From assembly GCA_002633005.1 (NCBI GenBank), contig NMRA01000114.1, positions 707,245 to 739,660 on the forward strand: a DNA stretch of 32,416 nt, in the 5' to 3' direction. The stretch comes from Phoronis australis. Lineage: Eukaryota; Animalia; Phoronida. A program made the position numbers and the translations under genes. Below, piece by piece: positions 1-11,532 of the stretch (the first letter of the stretch is position 1; every line of letters begins with the position of its first letter). A model generated the notes under the pieces. It was not told where the DNA came from and ran no database searches. It worked only from the letters and a program-made list of their open reading frames with translations.

Positions 1-1495
1 CCGAGGATTCTCCAAGTGGCAGAACTGAAGATGAACCAAGAAACAAGTGGGCGGTTATCATACAGTGAAGTCGAACTAGAAGATCATCTGGTGGAGATTC
101 AAAGCGACGCGAACCGGCTTGACAATCTAGAGGAGTTCAATTGGATGGATGGGGAAATTCCACCTGAACTTCAGTTTGACGTAGGACATAATATGTTCTT
201 TAAGGTAAAGAGTGTCGTCATGGAGGCCAAAGCCGATTCCGTCTGATTCTAGTTACATCGTATACAAGAAGTGCCCGGGGCTATTAAGACTATTATGGAA
301 GCTAATGAGAGGAGTCTAAAGATTGAAGCGACTTGCTGATCACTGGGGCGAGTCTAAGGGCTGTTACACTCCAAAGAGCAAAGATGCAAACCTATAAAAG
401 ACTACATGTACATGTACAGGACAATTTCCCTGCTTAATGTGGAGTACAAAATGTTCTTCGCAGTGATTGCATCAAAAAATGTCAAGTACGCCCCGGGGGA
501 CGGATAAATTGACCATGCAGTACATACAGTACCAGGACAGTCGAATTGCCTGTTCTAACAGAGCTTATCGGTAATACAAAGGCAATCAAGTAGGACTAGG
601 GCAGCTGTGTGCTTAGATTTAGAGAGTGCTTATGGTTCCATGTAACATTCAATGAGTAGAAAGGCGAAAGCGGCATTTCATTTTCTAGAATGAGTTCAGA
701 AGGTCATCAACGACTATTTAAACAGTACACAGATACTATTTTCTACGATGGATTTTGCAACAGATTTCAAGCCTTTGGAGAAAGGATCTTGACCGGGTGC
801 CGCGTTTAAGTCAGTTTATTTGTTCTTGCGATGAACATCATTATTCGGCGAGCCAGCAACGTCTGCAAGGCCGACTCCTTCCCTTGTGCCGTGCATTTGT
901 TGATGACCTAACAGCAACCACATCAACAGTGGTAGGAGCAGGACGGGTGTTGAAGAAACTAAAGAGATAATTGTTTGGGGCAGGATGAAGTTCAAGGTGC
1001 AGAAGTCAAGAAGTCTGGTTTTGATTAAAGGAAGAATGCGCCAGCACCTACCCTGGGTGAGAAGCTAGTGAAATATCTGGGCAAGGTGTACGAAAGCAGC
1101 CTAAACGACTTCACAAATGCAACGGACACAGTGACCCCGTTCAGGGAGAGCTTGTAAAAGATAAACAGTCGACTACATGGAACAGGAGGCAAACCAGCTT
1201 ATCAGGAAATGGTTGGATGCACCAATGAGTTTCACGTCACTTTAATTATATAGTTGAACGACAGTATCCCTTCCGCCAAGGTCTCTGGTTGAATACTTCA
1301 AGGTGTCAAAAGCAAGAGAAGTTCTCACAATCTGAGATTCCAAAGACAAATTTGTTAGGTTATCAGAGATTCAGGTATCATCAGCAAGTAGAAAATGGAA
1401 TCCTCAAGTGGTGTTAACAGGTCAGAGAGCAGCCTCCGGCATAAGGGCATAGCTGGTACAGTCTGTTGTGGTTGGCAAGGTCTGGGTTTTGTACC
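1..1495 (+). mobile_element. Degraded non-LTR retrotransposon RT, R2 superfamily (HERO/NeSL-like)
   Basis: Frameshifted and stop-interrupted peptides YIVYKKCP..LLWKLMR, RTISLLNVEYK, LDLESAYGS, RAFVDDLTATT (RT YxDD motif, ~891-920), WGRMKFKVQKSRSLVLIKG, RKW...LRHKGIAGTVC.GWQGLG are typical of HERO-like ORFs. Confidence 0.8.
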
Positions 1496-1552
1496 ATCCA
1501 CTAGATTTTTCACTTATCTGTTCCACTAGTCTTAAGACTTAGATCTTCCTTA

Positions 1553-4500
1553 CAGTCAGGTTCACTATGTCCAAATTTTGACATTCATTGGAATTTTCTG
1601 GGGGAAGTGGAAACATTTTTGGAAAACTCATGGAATGACGAATCAGAAAGTAATTGACTCTATTTTTGGTGGCCATTTTGCTCAATGTCTCAGTACTTAG
1701 GTCACTTAGAATGTTATTTTCTATGGATACACCAGCATTTCTTGGGGCGCAGAATTGAACATTCTAATTTTTGGCGGCCGTCTTGAATTTTCAAAAATGG
1801 CACCCGTAAAATAAATTTTGCTCATTATCTCTGCTCTTGGTTTTTTAATGTTTATTATGAAATCTTCAGTACGATAAATATGCATGCCCAGAAAGCGCCA
1901 AGAGGAATTGTATATGGGTTAAATAAATACACAGAAAACCATACAGTTATTATACACAAATATATAATTAAAAAAATGATGTTAAGATTACAATGACAAA
2001 TGTAAATAAATCATTTTTATACATAATAAATTATTTCACATGTATACAACTTTATCGGGTCTCCTACAATGTTAGTTTTAATAGCTCCACCTCATTTGTG
2101 GCGCAAGGAATTGAAAAAAACAATCCACCTTTAACCATCACGGAAGCAAAGTACCTCACTGTCACACCGTACCACATACGTAGGGTACGTAGCGACAATC
2201 CAAAACCACAAGCAAGCAAAAGAACACATGAATTTGTAGCCAAGAGGGAATCTCTGGCACATATCAGCCGACACACCTTGTATGGCTAGTAACGTTGGCA
2301 GAAATCAGGCTAAGGAATGAAGAGAACAGGAAGATCACATACTGGACAGGCTTCAACTCATTGATCTGTACAAGCCAGTCTCTCACTGAGTTTGGTGCGT
2401 TACCACTACTTCCAGAGGTGGCCCATGACTGGTCGATCCTGCTAATAGCTGTTATGCAGACGAGACAGGTGAAGAGGCTGGTTGCTGGCGAAGCTCATCC
2501 AACTGTCATTTCATGTGACATGGGTCTACACCAGAAGGTTGTGCAGCTCGTGGATACCAGACCTGAACTAAAGCAAACAACGAACCCAAGATTTGGGGAA
2601 TTGCATGCTAGAATGGCGACACAGATAGCTCTTGGGAAGTTCATAGAGTATTCCAACATAGATAATGCCTGGGTAGGAGCCAACGTCTTTGGCACTGCAA
2701 CAACTAGACAGATCCTAAAGTACACTCCCTACAAGCGCGCACTTTCCGAGTCAACATTTACATGCAATCATATACAGCACTGTTTGAGATAGTCCTGGAA
2801 GAATTCTTTAAAGGAAACCCAGTTAGAGGCCTTTTGTTGTGAGGCTCTAAATTCAGCACCAACAGCCTGTTCAGAAAAGAACAAAACCAGAAAGTCCGAG
2901 AGCACAAAGCAAACTATCCACTATTTGCTGGAATTGTTGACAATTGCCGAGACCCTTGAAACATTCAGAAAACGGGACAGCCAAATAACCAGCCAATGCC
3001 ATGTTTAAGTCCGTTGTGAAATATCTGCATCGAGTCCAAACCATCATGGTATTTGTGGCAATATCTCGAAATGCTGATTTGACTCTGCATCTTCAGGCTG
3101 TTGATGCAAAGATCGAAATTTTCTTTGCTTTGGCTCGCATCAAGTACAAAAGACTCCGGCCTACATACATTGATGATATGCAAGACCTAAGAACCAAACA
3201 CTACATGTGGACTGAAATTGGAACAGGCATCTCATTCAGCAAAACCGAAATCCCATTTGTGTCATTTGGTGCAGACCAAGCTTGTGAACACATCGAGAGG
3301 ATGGTGAAGGCCAATTCTGTATTGAACGGTATTTCCAGCAATGCCAATGAGATTCTTCATATATTGTCTACAGACTTTTCCACTTAGTCAAGATTTACAA
3401 TAAAAAAAATAATTGCAGGCGGTCTGATACACGTTGTATCAGACGTGCGCAGGCCTCACATGTGGGCCCATTGCACTGATCACCTGGAAATATTTTTATA
3501 CTTTATTGATATATGACTAAAAAGATTTACAATAAGCAACAGGCGTCCTCTGCGCTTTGACGAAAACAACCACGAAGAAGCAGATGCGTTGGTAATACAT
3601 CATGCAGTGCGGGCATCCCATCAAAACGTCCCTGATTCTCATCTGGTACTTTTTTCACCTGACACAGACGTTCTGGTACTCGTCATTGCCTAGTATGACC
3701 GGCTTCTTAGAAATACTTCGGTCTCAATGGCATCTGGGATTGTGGACATAAATCCAATATGGACAGCACTAGGTCTGCCCAGACAAACCCTCTTCCGGCT
3801 TTCCATGCTTTTACAGGGGCAGACAACACTGGTCGGTTCTCCAGGATAGGCAAAACAACATGGTTTAATATAAAGTTGGAGGCTGACAGTGATGTTGTCA
3901 TTGCATTGCATACTCTTTGTACTGCTTCTTGTTCACATTAGCCCGTTTTACATGTGCTGCATACTCACCACAGGTTATTGACATAGATAGTATCCCCGAG
4001 ATGAGATTGTACCTCTTCTGCAAACTTACGGCTTACAGCGACAAACTTCCACCACCAATTGGGGCTTTGAACAGCGTGTGCTGAGGATGTTTATTCAAGC
4101 CAGAGTGTGGGGACCGGTAGCCATTGATCGACAGAAGTTCCTTGACCGTTGCAGAGAATGGGTTTTACAAGGACAAAGACGACCAGCTGACACCTCTCAC
4201 AACTTAGGAGGCTCCGGCGCCAGGTGCTTTCATTTAGATGATTAGATGTCAATGCAAAAGATACTGTTCCTCCCAACGATGCTCTCGTCGATCAAAGGGC
4301 CTGCCTTGCACACATCTATGTCAGTGTTGTCCAGAATGTCAGAATGTTAAACTCTTATAATGCCGTCATTCCTGGTGCCAACGATGACAGAGATGGCGAC
4401 AGGGATGATCTGTAGACTGACTTCAAAGTTTTGAAAGACTACTGACACTACAATAAAGATACTCTCATGTTCTGCAAACGTAAATAGGTTGTATAGGTAG

Positions 4501-4917
4501 TGGTTGAATTTAAGTGTGTTGAAGGAAACAAATCGGAACGAAATATGCAAGTAGTAAGACCACAAACATTTTTAAGTCTGGCATGATAGTGTGCATAAGT
4601 GTTGGAATACATGATGAAGGCATTTACAAAATGTGGCTGCTAATAAACGGGTTCTTGATTACGTTTTACATTTAATAAGTTGCATTTTCGGATTCTTGCC
4701 AACAAAAATGTGGGTGCAGCCATTAAAACTAACATTCTATGTGACCCAAGAGCAGAGATACTGAACAAAATGTATGTTACCGGTGCGATTTTTGAAAGTC
4801 CAAGATGGCCGCCAAGATGGCTGCCAAAAAGGCATCACTTATTTTCTGATTTTTTATTCTATGAGCTTTCCACTTTCCACCAAAAAATTCAACAAAATTA
4901 CACAACAAACCTGACTA
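1553..4917 (+). mobile_element. Academ (AcademX-type) DNA transposon, internally deleted and degraded
   Basis: Termini CAGTCAGG(1553)...CCTGACTA(4917), flanked by TTA on both sides (1550-1552, 4918-4920). Long imperfect TIRs: 1553-1680 vs 4812-4917 and 1770-1841 vs 4745-4815. Confidence 0.8.
2320..4350 (+). pseudogene. Academ transposase-XPG nuclease-Cys8/CXC protein, fragmented
   Basis: Transposase part: WTGFNSL, TVISCD, RFGELH, ADQACEH. XPG/FEN1-like nuclease part: NHEEAD (~3568), FSPDTDVLVL (~3652), LPAFHAFTGADNTGRFSRIGK, LPPP. Terminal Cys cluster CQCKRYCSSQRC...LPCTHLCQCCPECQN. Many stops and frameshifts. Confidence 0.8.
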
Positions 4918-4949
4918 TTAACTGACAGTAAGCAATCAAAGAACGCGTT

Positions 4950-5110
4950 CACACCGCTTGCTTTTCAGACTGTTCAGTGATCCCAAAAGTGTTATCAACG
5001 TATCTCAGCCAAACTCTTGATTTCACTTTAGAATAAGTGCAAGTTGACGACAATAGGGGATACGGGGATTCCACGACGCATATTTGTTGATCAAATGAAA
5101 AATATAGTGC
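4950..5110 (-). mobile_element. Penelope-like RT fragment (inverted relative to neighbouring copy)
   Basis: YFSFDQQI, ESP.SPIVVNL (frameshifted), RVWLRYVDNTF; nucleotide similarity to 6840-6910. Confidence 0.7.
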
Positions 5111-5199
5111 CTTGAAAAATCTGCAGAAGATCACTCACATCCGTAGCAGATAAATTCGTCCTTGGCCACAGTTGGTGGTCACTGCAGAGGCGTTCATGA

Positions 5200-5535
5200 A
5201 TCACTGCAACAGCAACTCGGTAACACACCATGTTGCCAAGTTCGTTGCTGACATTTTGTCTCCGCTAGTCGGCCAATCAGACCATCACAATGTTAACACT
5301 CAGAATCTCGAGGAAAAGGTGAGCGATAGTTTTCTTGAGGAAGACGCGCTTTTCACATCCTATGACGTTTTTTCTTGTATATATTGTATACCCACCTGCT
5401 GCAAGGGTTCCTGATAATGACCAACATCTGTCCTCAAGGACGGGAGACACTTGCTGGTACACCGAAATACAGAACCAAAACAATATGTACCGATGGCCGG
5501 TCGGCGCATCGACCCATGAGTGACCCTCAGGTGCC
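5200..5535 (+). mobile_element. Penelope-like element, RT N-terminal part
   Basis: NSVTHHVAKFVADILSPLVGQSDHH...SYDVFS is typical of PLE RT motifs 1-3. Confidence 0.75.
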
Positions 5536-5918
5536 ATGCCAAAGCGCTTATTATTAATCTTAAGATTTTTGACAATACATATCTATTTGTGTATGGAATC
5601 CTACGTAACAATTAAATAAGATGGACAACGTAGTTTTTGAACCCTTTAATATGACGGTAAACAACACATATTTCCACTGTTCCCTGCAGGACCCAGGCAA
5701 CAAAATCTGATACAGTGTAATGATTTTGCTCATTTTTCACATACCCCTAGACAGGATAACAATTTCAAAACATTCAATCATGAAACTTATCACTACTGTG
5801 ATCACGGCTATAATTTGTGCGGAACAAAAATTGAAAAAATTTTTAAAACAACCTTAAAATCATTTACTTGCAGGCAAAATTGTAGAATTTTATATAAAAA
5901 CCTTTTTTTAACACTTTA

Positions 5919-6120
5919 CATGTGCGCACGCAGGAGGGGGGGTGGACAAAAAGGTGCTCCTCAGAGTAGAAAACGAGACAAAAGTCCACTAAAAAATTAG
6001 GAACAACCAGAATTGGGTGAATGCACAATTCATAGCTCTGAACGTACCCCGTGAATCTTAGTGAAAGGTACATATTATACAAAATTCGAGCCCCCCATTG
6101 TTTAGGCTGGACGGGACAAT
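5919..6120. mobile_element. MITE, CATGCGCGCACCCAG family (degenerate copy)
   Basis: Starts catgtgcgcacgcagg; the internal aaaacgagacaaaagtccactaaaaa is the reverse complement of 10082-10107; its right end matches 15043-15070 in reverse. Confidence 0.6.
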
Positions 6121-6482
6121 GGACAAAACAATGTTTCTTACCGATAGTGATCTAGTCTTCCTCAACACTGCAAATTCCATTGCAAGACAACCCCGCGATC
6201 ATTACACTTCGAACACCATTGTACGTGGATAAATTTTTGGAGCACAAGAGACACGGGAAAAATTTCGAAAAATCATATGAAATTGGCAACTCCTCAATAC
6301 TCCCGGTCGTCCTTACGCTATCCGCAAATTCTATGGCTAAATGAATTTTCCCGCAAATTTGACTTAAAAATGAGCTGGGTACTTACAGGCGATCGTTTAC
6401 ATACTGCCTGAACGGAGCAAACTTCAAACTTCAAGACACGGGAAAATTTTTTTCACCAATGACACTGATACTTAGCAGTAAC

Positions 6483-6646
6483 CAGTGGCGGAAGTGAGGG
6501 GCCAAAGGTGTCAAGTCCCCCTCCCCTAAAATTCTCCCTCCCAGATTCCATTTGGAAGTGCTGGGTGCCAATGACTGATGTGCAAAATCCTGGCTAATAC
6601 TCTGCCCTGCCCCCACCCCCAACTCAATATCCTGTATCCGCCCCTG
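6483..6646. mobile_element. MITE with CAGTGGCGGA/TCCGCCCCTG termini and 5-bp TSD (hAT5-like)
   Basis: TSD GTAAC at 6478-6482 and 6647-6651; a related copy lies at 18633-18771. Confidence 0.8.
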
Positions 6647-6809
6647 GTAACAAGACTTAACACTCTCTGCCAGACTTTTAGCAAATTGTGCAGTTATCTC
6701 CCATGATTTCTAATTTACTGATAATAGTTCATTGCTGTGTATTTCTTATGGAGGGCTGCAGGCAAAATTTAGCGCATGCGCAGTAGCACGTTACAAATTT
6801 TTGTCCAAG

Positions 6810-7670
6810 GAAAAGAGAGCGCTCAACACCAATGCTGGAGTAAAACCAAGAGTTTGGTTGAGAGACGTTGACGATTCTTTTAAGAGCATTAAACAGTCTG
6901 AAAAGCAAAATCTTTCTCTCGTGAAACAACATAATCGGATGTATGAGAAACACATGATTCGTGATTCCCTGGAAAGGTACAGGTACCCACGTTGGGTCTT
7001 TAGCAAGGCTACCCGTAGAACACTCCGATTGGAAATCAACAACATTGACGCTATTCAACCTGATCAACCATTGGCCAGGATACATTTTCCTTATGTAGAA
7101 AGAGTTTCTGAACAACTACTACCTGTGTTCAGGACATTTGATATCACCACGTCTTTCAAACCTGTTGGCACTTTGAGACAAGAACTCGTGAACCCTACGG
7201 ACAAACAACCTATGGAAAAGATAGCTGGTGTGGTCTGTGGAACACAGTGTGAAGAGTGCCCTGAAACCTATGTAGGTAAAACTAAGCAGTCCTAGAAAAT
7301 ACGGTTGTCCCAACATCGTCGGCCTAGCTCCGGTAACACTTATGACTCTTATGCCGTGTGTACCCACTGTCAAGCATCCAGCCACAGCTTCGACCTTGAC
7401 AATGTACTAATCATTGACAAGGAGAAAAATTGGTCTGAACAGGGAGTCAAAGAGTATAAACACGAAAGAATTAAAAATCCGTCAAGGAAGCGAGCTTCAA
7501 CTTACCAAACACCTGAGACATGACTCTGACTAAAGTTTCCCCCCGATTTTCTGAACTCTGGCCGGAATCCACCAGAGGTTGCACTGGCTTGAAAAAGCCA
7601 GAGTGGCTGAAGAAAGTTGCATATTTATCTAAGTAAGACCTATGTTGCTTGCCAACAGTCCTTTTGATGT
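6810..7670 (+). mobile_element. Penelope-like element: RT C-terminus, GIY-YIG endonuclease and probable pseudo-LTR
   Basis: KPRVWLRDVDDSF, FPYVERVSEQL..FKP..TLRQEL, GVVCGTQCEECPETYVGKTK (GIY-YIG equivalent), SQHRR, HCQASSHSFD. Confidence 0.85.
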
Positions 7671-7688
7671 GGACGCTACTGATGAGAT

Positions 7689-8106
7689 TTAGCGATGTTC
7701 CACAGATTTCAAAAGAGTAGCTGGGACTTTTGTAGGTCCAGATCCGGAGGCAACAGGAAGCGAAAGGATGCTGACTTCCAAATCACTGCTAGTCAAGCTC
7801 GCAGGTTTAACGTAAATCGTTGATGTTTTCTGGTCACGGAGTCCAGGGGAGGAGGTAGTAGATCTCTCGCTTGGATATGACTGGGCTTCCTCAGGAGATG
7901 ATTGTTTTGGCTCTGCGGAATTGCTGCTTGGCAGCTTGTCGTCGGATGGCTTCTCGGACTGGGCATTTGACTGGCTAGTACAAGCGACGTACAAGACTGT
8001 GGAACTAGAAGCGGCGCTGTCGGGAAAGCACAGCTTTGATAGTAAGACTGGGTCAATTCTGACGCTGTCAGTCTGCGTGTTCTTAACGCGTGTTGATGGT
8101 ACTCCA
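7689..8106 (-). CDS. Terminal exon 7 (S/P/T-rich tail) of F-BAR-like gene
   Basis: Acceptor aaatatttttcgtttcag; open frame GVPSTRVKNTQTDSVRIDPVLL...KSVEHR*; phase matches exon 6. Confidence 0.65.
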
Positions 8107-8792
8107 CTGAAACGAAAAATATTTGTTTCGAGGTTACAGCAATGACCAAAATCTTCGGGATAAAGTTGTTCCTAACGACATTTTGGTTTTTCTCATTTTA
8201 TACTCCCCCAAGATGTGTGGTTCGATCAGTAAACGTTTTTATTTTCTTTACATTTCAGTGCTGGTGCGAGACCACTTTTGTTTCAGAAAATACTGATTTC
8301 GTCTGGGAAATTGTGATTGAAGAAGCCAGTTTCAAAAAATATTTATCGTCGGTCGCGCGCGGGGAACCAAACTTAACTTTAATTCACAGCTACTATCTTA
8401 GCTAATTAGAAGTTTTGTTTTGAGGTCGAGTCCAAACGGTTGCAGTTGATTATAACGAACCGGTGTTAGTATTTTTACGAAAAAAAAGTAACAGTTCAGA
8501 GGTCAATTTCGTTGTGACTTCAAGAAAGATGGATCCCGGATGTAAACAATTTTTTTTTAATTCCTTGGCGGGTTACACGCACATGACACTTTCTCTCACT
8601 GCTGCGATGATCTTCAGGTGACATGTATTCACACCAAATAGCCTATCTAACCTTAATCTATGTGATGCGGTGGCTGATTAAAGTGGGCTCCACGAGGAAA
8701 ATAGCAACCAATTTTGCACACTGATGAGGAAAGTATATAATATAGATTTGTTACTACTTCTATCCGATTTAGTATAGACAAGACTTAGTTAC

Positions 8793-8896
8793 CGTCCCAG
8801 CAGGGAGTCAGTTGATGTTATGCCCATGACCATGTCGATGGCAGCGTCCGCCTCCTGAATTGTGTTGTCAAATTGCTGGTCAGCTTTTTTATGAAG
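8793..8896 (-). CDS. Exon 6 of F-BAR-like gene
   Basis: ttatatatttgcag|...|gtaact; LHKKADQQFDNTIQEADAAIDMVMGITSTDSLLG. Confidence 0.75.
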
Positions 8897-9230
8897 CTGC
8901 AAATATATAAATAGGAAAAGTGTTATGAAAAACAACACTTGCTTGTGTCTACAGACTGGAGACATTCTGTTTCATGTATGTGGGTAATCCAGATTTTTGT
9001 AAAGGCGTTCATGCACGACATTCATCCAGAATGGAATGTTTGCAGTTTAAAGGCTGCTCTTGAAACGTGTGGCTGTATTAATTAGAAACGGCAAGCGCAC
9101 ATACCAATCGATGTCATATTGACTAACAGGAAAAAGTATATAATGCAATCCAATGTACCCGAGTTTTTAACATTTCACCCAAGATATCCCTAGAGCAAGC
9201 CCTTTGCAGTTGCTTTTCCGTAGCGCTCAC

Positions 9231-9523
9231 CTCGGCACATTCCGTGATAAGACTTTGGTTGGCGCTTTCATACATGGCTTTCGTCACTTGGTTATTTGTG
9301 ACGTCGTTCTTTTACGCCACCCAGGTTTGACGGTGGACTCGGGCAGTTGTTCTGTACCTCAAGTCCATTTTTCTGTGACTTTCCGCCAGCCGAGGCTCTT
9401 CCTTCAATAGAGAACAAGGCAAAATTGTGCAAGGATGCATGTCCCACGCGTGCACATCGAGCGAAAAGCCACGGTGAGATGTTGGCCAGGACAGAATGTA
9501 CCGATCACATGTGGTGGATACAT
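9231..9523 (-). pseudogene. Exon 5 of F-BAR-like gene (contains TAA at 9314-9312)
   Basis: Branch ctaac plus ctttcctgacag acceptor, gag|gtgagc donor; VSTTCDRY...HRQTWVA*KNDVTNNQ...LITECAE. An alternative in-frame acceptor exists at 9401. Confidence 0.6.
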
Positions 9524-9722
9524 CTGTCAGGAAAGGTTGGTTAGAACAAACCGAACACAGGGTCGTTCTGTTGAAAAGACGTCCGCGGTAAGGCATTCGT
9601 AGCAAATTCGTTAACTACCCGGTATTAGACAAAGCACAATAAAATCAGGCACGTTTGGTGTTTTCAATATCCAAGCAGTAAACACCTGGGAGGGCACAGT
9701 AGGTGAGAGATCTTGTTAATAC

Positions 9723-9826
9723 TGTGTACTGGCGCCATCTTGAACTCTGCGAAAAATCTACAACTTTGATACCGGGTGTCTTCAATGACTCATTTTGTTT
9801 CGCTGTAAATTGCTTTCATTGATACT
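9723..9826 (-). pseudogene. Exon 4 of F-BAR-like gene (contains TGA at 9792-9790)
   Basis: Weaker sites (caacaag|, |gtatta), but the phases fit exons 3 and 5; VSMKAIYSETK*VIEDTRYQSCRFFAEFKMAPVH. Confidence 0.5.
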
Positions 9827-9944
9827 CTTGTTGAACATAAATGCACAGAAATAGCATTAGATGTACTAACAACAGCCGACAGAGGAGGTTCGATGACTTA
9901 AAACGCAGAAATACAAAGGACAGTTAAAAGCAGCGGTAGCAATC

Positions 9945-10179
9945 CATGCGCGCACCCAAGCTTTCATATGCGTTGGCTCGACATTGCCGACGATGTGGAC
10001 CTTACACTAGCAAAAAAGCGGACGGACTATAAAAAAATCACGGGGTACCAGGTACGGAGCTGTGAATTGTGCGTTTTCGACTTTTTAGTGGACTTTTGTC
10101 TCGTTTTCCGGACTTCTTGTTTCTCAGTGGCGGACCTTTTTGTCTACTTTGCCAAATGGGGGCTCCCTGGGTGCGCATG
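9945..10179. mobile_element. Intronic MITE, CATGCGCGCACCCA/TGGGTGCGCATG termini, 5-bp TSD
   Basis: TSD CAATC at 9940-9944 and 10180-10184. Confidence 0.8.
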
Positions 10180-11167
10180 CAATCACAAGAAAATCACCAA
10201 CTAAGGTTTCTATTTTTGTCACCCTTCACATATATTTGTCACTACTTACGTCGGTCAACTTATCCACTTTCTTCTGACATTTCTCCTGCACGATGTTTCT
10301 TTTCACAACTTGCTGAGCAGTTTTTTTCCCTGTATCCATGCTCTCTACACTTCTAAAGAACATACAAATAATACACTACTTTAGTTAATGTCCTACAATA
10401 ACACTTGGTTTAACCCCAACACGTCGTAGCCAACTCTCTAACCAGCTTATGGCGATGCAGGTGCAGGTGACCAATTCAAATCTGTTCAAATTATTCTCAC
10501 AGCAGTACAGTGTACAAGCGCAGGTAGCGCAGGCTGGTGGGTTACAAAAGTTCCAGACACTTAAAGCTAATGAAACTTTGCCTCCAAATGTAGTTCGGCG
10601 ATATGACTGCAGAAAGTCTCGCCGGTAATGAGCAAAAAGGCATGCAGTTAGGACGAATTTCAATGGATCACATGAATACAGAAAATTATTTAACATGGCA
10701 AAGTCGTAATCAATTAATCTTTGTCCTTATTTTAGCCTTTAAAAGGGGCCATGAGCAGTCCTCTTGACGTTAGACTTTTTGAAACCGTGAGTGTGAACCA
10801 TGTTAATGATCATGTTGTAGCTCCTTGTTCTTTGATTACCATTATTCTTATGAAAGAGCAACCTTTTCCGTAAAATAAACCAAATCACACAGAATTTTGA
10901 ACTTTTAAGTATTTACATGCATCATGTTAATTTGTCCAGTTCTTAGAAATTAAGGGCTGAACCAGAAGGTATACATGTTTTGAGCTAATTTAAAGAAGTA
11001 GGTCACTTTCGTTTGATGGTGATTTGGCGAGAAATGCAACTTCGCTAAGAGACATTCTTCAGAAGTGAAATTTATGTTACTAGGCCTACAATTGAGGCGT
11101 CTTAAGTCTGTTTGACTACCATAATCAGATAGCAGCTGAACACTGCCATCACAACAATCAAACTTAC

Positions 11168-11288
11168 GACTTGAATACAGCCATTGACCTCTCTGCGTCG
11201 TATTTCATGAGATCAAGTCTTCTTTGAAGGTCATTTTTCCGCGAGTCCATGAAATTCCAGAACTCTTCGACCTTTGTAGTATATTGGC
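11168..11288 (-). CDS. Exon 3 copy B of F-BAR-like gene
   Basis: tctctcatag|...|gtaagt; QYTTKVEEFWNFMDSRKNDLQRRLDLMKYDAERSMAVFK. Confidence 0.75.
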
Positions 11289-11378
11289 CTATGAGAGATT
11301 GTGAGCAGACATTTTGAAAACATTGAAAATTTAAGCCTAGTGACTTGACTGGTCTTTTCAGTACGGCGGTCTACCAGG

Positions 11379-11532
11379 CGTGCCTTCAGTAGACGCTAGG
11401 ACCTACGCTAGGACCTAGCCAAAAGCTAGTCAAGGTCACGTGCTCTTATTTAAAATACACTGCAATATCTCGCGTAATCTCGCAAAGTCTTGCTTTTAAG
11501 CTAGGTCCTAGCGTTACTGAACGGAAGGCAGG
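11379..11532. mobile_element. Small inverted-repeat element present only in duplication copy 1
   Basis: gccttc..agta.acgctaggacctag vs ctaggtcctagcgttactgaacggaaggc; bounded by direct CAGG (11375-11378, 11529-11532). Confidence 0.6.

Noticed and set aside
8721-8735. CTGATGAGGAAA as hammerhead core
   Set aside because: No room for stem II and no flanking stems
9790-9792. TGA as selenocysteine or readthrough codon
   Set aside because: A second stop (TAA) follows and no SECIS was recognised; CpG decay is simpler
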